DNA of 64,000 nt, from contig CALGHA010000151.1 in assembly GCA_937915835.1 (NCBI GenBank), forward strand, positions 18,962 to 82,961, read 5' to 3'. This DNA comes from an uncultured Fretibacterium sp. Lineage in GTDB: Bacteria; Synergistota; Synergistia; Synergistales; Aminobacteriaceae. This document shows, piece by piece, positions 29,179 to 35,446 of this stretch. Position 1 is the stretch's first letter, and each line of letters starts with the position of its first letter. The position numbers and the translations under genes were made by a program. Under the pieces are notes generated by a model, which saw only the letters and a program-made list of their open reading frames with translations, was not told the origin of the DNA and searched no databases.

Positions 29179-30285
29179 TTGCCGTCAATAAACGTTCAAG
29201 TAGATAACGGCTATAATCAGGCTCAGCAGAATATGACGACCAATATGAGGCAGGGACAAATTACAACACAGCCTCAAATTCAACAGCCTTCACAAGTTGC
29301 CGCACGACTTGCCGGAGTTCGTACGGGAATGGTCGTAGAAGGGAATGTTCTTGCGCAAAATGAGGACGGGACATATCTTGTTCGTGTTGAAGTAAACGGA
29401 GTGCCTCAGGAATTACGCGCTCGTGCGACGGTTTCATTGATTTTAGGCGAGCGATTTAGAGCAGTTTGGGACGCTTCCGGGCCGGACGGAGTTCCTGTGT
29501 TGAGATTATCGCAAGGGGAATTGTCGTTCTTGTCGCAAATTCCGGCACGTGACAGAGAATTAGCGACGGCGTTATTAGCACGAGGCCTGCCATTGTCAAG
29601 CGAAGTTCTGAACGCGATTAAAGACGCTTGGAGAAAGTCAGGTTCTCAGGAAAATAATTTGTCGTCATTCATTGAGTTATGGGCGCGAGATGTCCCGATG
29701 ACGCTTGAAAACGCAACTTTGCTCTCACAATATGCCGCAATGACCGGTGCTGAAGCTACGGAAATGTGGAACAGAATACGCAAGGAACTCAAGGAACGAA
29801 GCAGAGGCAATGACCCCGTGAAAGTTCTGCGTGAGATGAAAGACGGCGGCGATGACATCGCGAAATTCTTGCAGGCTCAATCAATCCTCATGAAATCCCC
29901 CCGTAACGAAGTGAACCCCGCATTATTAGCAGCTCCATTCTGGCCGGTTCTTAACGACGCTTCACAGAACATGACGGCGAAAATTTACGTTGGACGTTCA
30001 GCCGAAGAGGAAGGGCAGAAATATTGGCAAATAGGATTTGGCATAACTGGCTCAGTTTTAGGAGAAGTCGGAGGATTGGTCGAGAGCGACGGAAAAAGCT
30101 GTAACCTGACACTTAACGCCGAAAAACCCGAGACATGCAGATTAATCGAACGTCGCCGAAGGGATTTGCGAAAAGAATTACAGGGCTTGGATATTCCCGT
30201 TACGTTCATCGGAATTTCCCGGCGTGCTGTTGAGGCTGAACGTGATTTATTGCTCGCTGGTCGCGGACTTGATATTACTGTCTAG
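29179..30285 (+). CDS. Hypothetical protein, tentatively FliK (hook-length-control)-like, at the position of ylqG in Bacillus
   Basis: 368-aa ORF with a TTG start 8 nt after AAGGAGGGG. The N-terminus is Q-rich. The C-terminal segment LGEVGGLVESDGKSCNLTLNAEKPETCRLIERRRRDLRKELQGLDIPVTFIGI resembles the Flg_hook-type C-terminal domain. It lies between rnhB and a FlhB-C-terminal-like gene. The function call is weak. Confidence 0.45.
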   Translation: MPSINVQVDNGYNQAQQNMTTNMRQGQITTQPQIQQPSQVAARLAGVRTGMVVEGNVLAQNEDGTYLVRVEVNGVPQELRARATVSLILGERFRAVWDASGPDGVPVLRLSQGELSFLSQIPARDRELATALLARGLPLSSEVLNAIKDAWRKSGSQENNLSSFIELWARDVPMTLENATLLSQYAAMTGAEATEMWNRIRKELKERSRGNDPVKVLREMKDGGDDIAKFLQAQSILMKSPRNEVNPALLAAPFWPVLNDASQNMTAKIYVGRSAEEEGQKYWQIGFGITGSVLGEVGGLVESDGKSCNLTLNAEKPETCRLIERRRRDLRKELQGLDIPVTFIGISRRAVEAERDLLLAGRGLDITV

Positions 30286-31520
30286 TGTCGCCAAAGAAAA
30301 TGACTTGCCTTATTAATAAATTGACGGACAAAAGGATAACTCTTCAGCCATTTTCTAAATCTCACAAGCCAGCTTTCATTGAACAGTTTGTTGAAATAAT
30401 CTGGAGCGACTGAGCTGTAATATTTATAGACATCGGGATTATCTGCATATGCCACTGCTCTTGTTATAGAATAACCGAAGCAAACTCGTAAATATTTCTT
30501 GAAATCAGAAACGCTTACTATACTTTCAGTGTTATCATCGTGGAAAAATTTTCTCAAGTTGCTGCTCACAAAATAAAGGAATGGGCCGCCTAATATTGAT
30601 TTACCGACGAAAAGCGAGAACGAAGAGTCAACATAGTTTATTCTCAGTTTATGAACTTGATCTATAACTGACTGCCACGGACTCAGGTAATACGTTCGGG
30701 GGATTAATATAACTTCTGTATTATCCCGCAAAAAAACTATATTATGGGAACATGAGCCCACAGTAGAAGCAAAACTCTCACATTGAATTAATATATTCAG
30801 CTGCTCGTCAAACGTAAGTTTTTCCGGATGATATATAATTTCGTAACCTTTTGAGGCAAAATATTTTTCGAGCTTGTCCTCACCGATTGAGCGGTTGACG
30901 TGATATTTTGAATAGGAAAAATATACTTTACGAGATTTAACCGGGCGAATATTGGCAAGAGCAAAATTCCTCACTTGGTCGAATGTATCTATGTATTCCT
31001 GAGAGAAGAGATAAAAGAAAAATTCGCCTGACCCCCAAAAACATGTATCAGGCACAACTAACTCGTCATATTGTGAAGGCTCTGTAACAGGTTCAAGTTT
31101 AGAACAATTAACCCCAAGAATCTCAAGAATCCTTTTTTGGCTGCCTGCAATTTTAAAATCACCCATTGATATATAGATTAGTGGGCATTCAGAAAAATTT
31201 TCAAGATATTCTTTCGTCCTTAGAAACCATAACAGGCTCATAGACTCAACGATAAAATGTCCATATGCTTGAAAAAGTTTCCCTACATATACGGCTCTGT
31301 GAGTTTTGTGCACATAATATGTAGATTCAGATTTCTGTTCTAGTTCAATACCTTTGGGAGTAATGCAGCCTCCCTTAAGAATTTTGTAACTTAATTTCTT
31401 GTCCTGAAAGTGATTTGCATATAATAACCGGCTGTAATATTCTTTATTATATAAATAGTCAAAATTAGGCTGGTCTGGTCTAGGCTGGTCAATTATTGAA
31501 GGCATTTTCTGATTTGTCAA
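30282..31520 (-). CDS. Glycosyltransferase family 61 / DUF563-like protein
   Basis: 412-aa ORF on the opposite strand to its neighbours. The C-terminal region ..SFASTVGSCSHNIVFLRDNTEVILIPR.. resembles the GT61/DUF563 core. It is clearly more AT-rich than its flanks: hand counts give 18/60 and 22/60 G+C in two lines, against 30/60 in a line of the upstream gene. The start is ambiguous (TTG 31520 or ATG 31505). Confidence 0.5.
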   Translation of the reverse strand: MTNQKMPSIIDQPRPDQPNFDYLYNKEYYSRLLYANHFQDKKLSYKILKGGCITPKGIELEQKSESTYYVHKTHRAVYVGKLFQAYGHFIVESMSLLWFLRTKEYLENFSECPLIYISMGDFKIAGSQKRILEILGVNCSKLEPVTEPSQYDELVVPDTCFWGSGEFFFYLFSQEYIDTFDQVRNFALANIRPVKSRKVYFSYSKYHVNRSIGEDKLEKYFASKGYEIIYHPEKLTFDEQLNILIQCESFASTVGSCSHNIVFLRDNTEVILIPRTYYLSPWQSVIDQVHKLRINYVDSSFSLFVGKSILGGPFLYFVSSNLRKFFHDDNTESIVSVSDFKKYLRVCFGYSITRAVAYADNPDVYKYYSSVAPDYFNKLFNESWLVRFRKWLKSYPFVRQFINKASHFLWRH

Positions 31521-31600
31521 GCTCCTTTTTCAAAGACTGATAATGAAATAATTTTAGCATAAACCACATTAATATTTACATAGTTTATAAATTTATGAAG

Positions 31601-31606
31601 TATAAT
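31601..31606 (+). promoter_or_regulatory. Consensus -10 hexamer TATAAT placed 8 nt before the ATG of the FlhB-like gene (possible leaderless transcript)
   Basis: TATAAT at 31601-31606 and ATG at 31615. No Shine-Dalgarno lies between them and I saw no good -35. The upstream gene is divergent, so the promoter must lie within 31521-31614. Confidence 0.35.
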
Positions 31607-31614
31607 AATCAATC

Positions 31615-31902
31615 ATGGCAGATAATAATAGTAACAGAGGCAATAAACCCGATAAGGCCGTAGCCGTAAAATATGACAACAAGCAAATGCAAGCTCCTAC
31701 CGTCGTCGCAAAAGGTGAGGGCTTTATCGCACGAAAAATTGTTGAACGCGCAATCGAAGCTGACGTTCCCATTGTCGAGGATGCCGCGTTAGTCTCAGCC
31801 TTAATCTCACTGGAACTCGGCGAGGAAATCCCGGCAGAATTATATGAAGTCGTCGCACGTGTCTTAGCTTGGGTGTATAAACTTGACAAAGAAGCTCAAT
31901 GA
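31615..31902 (+). CDS. FlhB C-terminal-domain-like small protein (EscU/YscU/HrpY family, YlqH-like)
   Basis: 95-aa ORF. AVAVKYD......APTVVAKGEGFIARKIVERAIEADVPIVEDAALVSAL......IPAELYEVVARVLAWVY matches the autocleaving C-terminal domain family of FlhB, which exists as a stand-alone protein (YlqH) in Firmicutes. Confidence 0.8.
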   Translation: MADNNSNRGNKPDKAVAVKYDNKQMQAPTVVAKGEGFIARKIVERAIEADVPIVEDAALVSALISLELGEEIPAELYEVVARVLAWVYKLDKEAQ

Positions 31903-32288
31903 CGAAAGCCCAAGAGTTAGGAAAATTTGCTGAGGATAAAGCCGCTGATTATGTTTTGTCGCTAGGCTGGAAAATTTTATCTCGAAACGTTCATAATCAA
32001 TACGGCGAAATTGATATTGCTGCGGTTGATAATGATAATAAAGATTTAGTGATTGTTGAAGTCAGATGCAGGACGCTGGGAAAAGTTCAAGCTCCTTTGG
32101 ATTCAATCGGGCCGAAAAAATTAAATTCCCTCGTTAAAGCCTCAAGGGAATTCATAAACTCTATAGATTGGCCGGACTTCTGGAGAATTGACGTAATCGG
32201 CATCACTGTAAACAATAAATCTGAGCGTCAAGACTGGGAACTCGAACACTTCAAGAATATCACCGAAGGAATGAATATCATGAGCTAA
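31899..32288 (+). CDS. yraN: YraN family endonuclease-like protein (UPF0102)
   Basis: 129-aa ORF with GEIDIAAVD...LVIVEVRCR, a 4-nt overlap with the upstream gene, and the common rnhB neighbourhood. Confidence 0.8.
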   Translation: MTKAQELGKFAEDKAADYVLSLGWKILSRNVHNQYGEIDIAAVDNDNKDLVIVEVRCRTLGKVQAPLDSIGPKKLNSLVKASREFINSIDWPDFWRIDVIGITVNNKSERQDWELEHFKNITEGMNIMS

Positions 32289-33103
32289 TTATTTTTCCAG
32301 AGCTGAGAAATTGCTTTATTCATCAATTGTTGGCGTTCATTACGCGACATTTTCCCTAATGCAGAGTTTATATCGTTCAAAAGTTTTGTATCTTTCTTTC
32401 GAACTCCTGCACAAATTCCCTTGAAATCAAACTTGAAGCCCTTACCTTCCGGAAGTTCTATAAGTTTTACGTTGTTGAAGCGTCGTTCATATGAAAGTCC
32501 CGTATCAAGATTAATCACTATCGCGTCAACTCGTCCGCTCGTGAGCATATCGAGCATCTCCGAAACAGTATCAACCGCCTCAAGCTGAATTGCTCCGGGA
32601 ATTTGTTCAATCGCAGAATATAAATTTGTCCCGTTCTGGCCCGTAAATCTTGCTCCGGAAAAGTCATCGAGAGTTTTTGCGTCCTTATATTTCGTGTCAG
32701 TGTTCACGCAAATTCCGTATTTTGTTCGGTCAATCTCGTAAGTCTCAGAGAATGCCGCAACTTGTCTTCGCTCTAAAGTGTCAAGCATTCCTGAGAATAT
32801 CGCGTCAATTTCATTCTGATTTAAAGCGTTAAGAAGATCACCCCAAGCAATTTTTTTCACTTCGAGCTTGTAACCTAATCTCTTAGCTATAACTTTTGCA
32901 ACTTGTAAATCATAACCTTCGGCGTAAAATCCTTCGTGATTAACCAGCGGCATATTTGAATCGGTTGGATTTTTCTCTTCCCAGTTGTTAGGGGCGTAAT
33001 CACACTCCATGCCTATATGCAAAACCGGCTTCTCCACGAAATAACCTCTTGCCAGGAAAAATACAGCGCATATTACGACGATTACAGCAGCAAATTTTTT
33101 CAT
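32285..33103 (-). CDS. Amino-acid-type (family 3) ABC transporter substrate-binding protein, orphan
   Basis: The signal peptide MKKFAAVIVVICAVFFLARG is followed by family-3 SBP features (..IDAIFSGM.., ..VDAIVINLD..). The track start is GTG 33115. ATG 33103 lies 9 nt after AAGGGGTG, so I prefer it. No permease or ATPase is adjacent. Confidence 0.75.
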   Translation of the reverse strand: MKKFAAVIVVICAVFFLARGYFVEKPVLHIGMECDYAPNNWEEKNPTDSNMPLVNHEGFYAEGYDLQVAKVIAKRLGYKLEVKKIAWGDLLNALNQNEIDAIFSGMLDTLERRQVAAFSETYEIDRTKYGICVNTDTKYKDAKTLDDFSGARFTGQNGTNLYSAIEQIPGAIQLEAVDTVSEMLDMLTSGRVDAIVINLDTGLSYERRFNNVKLIELPEGKGFKFDFKGICAGVRKKDTKLLNDINSALGKMSRNERQQLMNKAISQLWKNN

Positions 33104-33200
33104 GTTCAAATTCACCCCTTTTTAAAATTTTAAGAATATTAACATAGATTTTTAATTTACAATATTATCAATTATGATTTTTGCGCATTAAACATGAACT

Positions 33201-33929
33201 TCATGAAGGCAGAATATTATTATATCCGCGCTTAGTGATAAATTTTCCGTTGAGAATACAGCTTTGTGAATTGCCAATTATAACCGTACAGAGCATGTCA
33301 ATATTGCAATTTATGATTTCTCCGAGCGTCGTAACTTTTGCCTCTTCGTCCTCGCGCCCAATATTCCGAACATAACCGGCCGGAGTTGTGTCAGGTTTAT
33401 ATCTCCTGATGATTTCACAGGCTCTCTTGAAGTGTTCAGGCCTATGATTGCTTGCAGGGTTGTAAATGCAAATCACAAAGTCACCTTCACACGCACAAAT
33501 TAATCTTTTCTCGATTACGTCCCATTCTGTCAATAAATCGCTAAGGCTTATAATTACATAATCATTCATCAACGGAGCACCAAGAACAGCCGCGCACGAA
33601 TTAGCCGCCGTAATTCCGGGAATAATTTTTACCTCTTCATCGTCAGCAAGCTCAAGCATTAAGCCCGCCATTCCGTAAACTCCAGCATCGCCGCTCGAGA
33701 TTAAAGCAACGTCGTAATTATGTTCACGCGAAAATTTCAATGCCATTAAGCACCTTTCACGTTCGGCCCGCATTCCTGAGATGTAAAATATCTTCTCGGG
33801 AAAATATTTCTTTATCAGCTCAACATAGACAGTGTAACCAGCAATTACATCACATGACTTCATAATCTCAAACGCACGCGGTGTAATCTCATCAAATCCG
33901 CCCGGACCAATCCCAATTACGTAAATCAT
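33201..33929 (-). CDS. cbiH: Precorrin-3B / cobalt-precorrin-3B C17-methyltransferase (CobJ/CbiH)
   Basis: 242-aa ORF. The motifs are those of tetrapyrrole methylases: MIYVIGIGPGG...ITPRA......DVIAGY..Y, SSGDAGVYGMAG and IPGITAA. The CbiH-like C-terminal half has LSDLLT.W..IEKRL. Confidence 0.8.
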   Translation of the reverse strand: MIYVIGIGPGGFDEITPRAFEIMKSCDVIAGYTVYVELIKKYFPEKIFYISGMRAERERCLMALKFSREHNYDVALISSGDAGVYGMAGLMLELADDEEVKIIPGITAANSCAAVLGAPLMNDYVIISLSDLLTEWDVIEKRLICACEGDFVICIYNPASNHRPEHFKRACEIIRRYKPDTTPAGYVRNIGREDEEAKVTTLGEIINCNIDMLCTVIIGNSQSCILNGKFITKRGYNNILPS

Positions 33930-34009
33930 AATGCCTCCAGAAATTTCTTGAATACTTTAATCCCTATAAACTTTTGCATAATTTTCATCACAGCAAAAAG
34001 AAAAAATTT

Positions 34010-34190
34010 TTACAGTTCAGCCTCAAGTTTCTTGAACTTCTCGATTGCTTTGACTTTCTTAATCATAGCTCACACAAAATCTTAATTACTCAGTCTTTCA
34101 GCCAGAAAATTTTTGAACACTTCAAACGCCCGGCCTCTTTTTAATCATAGTTCACACAAAAATTTTTTGAACGCCTCAATCGCTAAATCC
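34010..34190 (-). repeat. Three tandem, degenerate, in-frame copies of the trmFO 3'-terminal coding segment (one functional, two relics)
   Basis: TTAATCATAG(C/T)TCACACAAAA occurs at 34059-34079 and 34141-34161, matching at 20 of 21 positions. On the minus strand the trmFO tail ..AIEAFKKFLCEL-TGA is followed in the same frame by LKRGRAFEVFKNFLAERLSN-TAA. After that come DFV-TGA-A and MIKKVKAIEKFKKLEAEL-TAA (34066-34010). Confidence 0.7.
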
Positions 34191-35446
34191 CTATGAACTT
34201 TTGCGCGTTCTTTCTTGCCTCGAACTCCCTTAAGCTCCGGGAAAATCCCTAAGTTCATATTCATTGGCTGAAAATGTTTCGGCTCGGTCGTGTGTAAGTA
34301 ATTCAGGAGTGAACCGATTGCGCTTTCACGAGGCCAATTCAGCAAATTTTTTCCGTCAAGAACTCGTGAAGCGTTAAGCCCTGCGACTAATCCCATCGCC
34401 GTACTCTCGATATAACCCTCAACTCCGGTAATTTGTCCGGCTAAGAAAATATTTTTGCGCTCGTTCAGCCGTAAAAACTCATCAAGAACAGCCGGAGCAT
34501 TCACGCTTGTATTTCTATGCATAACGCCTAATCTCACAAATTCTGCGTTCTCAAGGCCGGGAATGAGAGAAAACACGCGCTTTTGTTCCAGCCACTTTAA
34601 GCCGGTCTGAAAGCCGACGAGATTATAAAGAGTTCCTTCAAAGTTATCTTGTCTGAGCTGGACGACTGCATAAGGTTCATGGTCAGTTCGTGGGTCTCGC
34701 AAGCCTCTCGGTTTCATAGGGCCAAATCTCAGAGTGTCAATTCCCCTCTCAGCAAGAGCCTCAACAGGCATACAGCCCTCGAAGTATTTATCGCGCTCAA
34801 AGTCATGCGGCAAGTTTCGTTCAGCATGGATTAACTCATCGTAGAAGCGCAAATATTCTTCCTTCGTGAATGGGCAATTTATGTAGTCGTCGCCTCGTCC
34901 GTAACGTCCTGACACGAAAACTTTTTGCATATCTATACTCTCACGCATAATAACCGGAGCTACAGCGTCATAGAAATATATTCTTTCACCGGCAATTGCT
35001 TTAATCTCGTCAGCGAGTTTATCAGAAGTAAGAGGCCCCGAAGATATAATTGCTAAGTCTTCAGGGATTTTCGTAACTTCCTCGCGTATGAGTGTGATAT
35101 TTTCGTGTGATGTGATTTTTTCGGTGATTAAGCCGGAGAATTTCTCACGGTCAACCGCTAATGCTCCTCCTGCTGGAACTCGTGAAGCCCTCGCGCATGA
35201 GAGAATAAGCGAGTTTGCAAGCGTCAATTCCTCCTTGAGAATGCCGGCCGCAGTAATCCTGTCATCTTTATTCTCTGACCCCAACGAGTTACTGCACACA
35301 ATTTCAGCGAGTAATCCCGTCTTGTGAGCTGGAGTTAAGAGCTTCGGGCGCATTTCGTAAAGTTCAACGTGAAACCCTCGATTAGCAAGTTGATACGCCG
35401 CTTCACATCCGGCCAATCCAGCACCGATAATTTTTATGCTATTCAT
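34145..35446 (-). CDS. trmFO: Methylenetetrahydrofolate--tRNA-(uracil-5-)-methyltransferase TrmFO (Gid)
   Basis: 433-aa ORF with an N-terminal FAD fold IIGAGLAGCEAAYQLA and the characteristic NSLGS.., GQITGVEGY.ES. Downstream of topA, as in Bacillus. Confidence 0.92.
   Translation of the reverse strand: MNSIKIIGAGLAGCEAAYQLANRGFHVELYEMRPKLLTPAHKTGLLAEIVCSNSLGSENKDDRITAAGILKEELTLANSLILSCARASRVPAGGALAVDREKFSGLITEKITSHENITLIREEVTKIPEDLAIISSGPLTSDKLADEIKAIAGERIYFYDAVAPVIMRESIDMQKVFVSGRYGRGDDYINCPFTKEEYLRFYDELIHAERNLPHDFERDKYFEGCMPVEALAERGIDTLRFGPMKPRGLRDPRTDHEPYAVVQLRQDNFEGTLYNLVGFQTGLKWLEQKRVFSLIPGLENAEFVRLGVMHRNTSVNAPAVLDEFLRLNERKNIFLAGQITGVEGYIESTAMGLVAGLNASRVLDGKNLLNWPRESAIGSLLNYLHTTEPKHFQPMNMNLGIFPELKGVRGKKERAKVHRDLAIEAFKKFLCEL

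Noticed and set aside
33930-34144. A cobalamin riboswitch upstream of cbiH.
   Set aside because: I read the minus strand for a B12-box-like core and the usual GC-rich helices and found none. The spacer is explained by relic copies of the trmFO 3' end. A covariance-model search would be needed for certainty.
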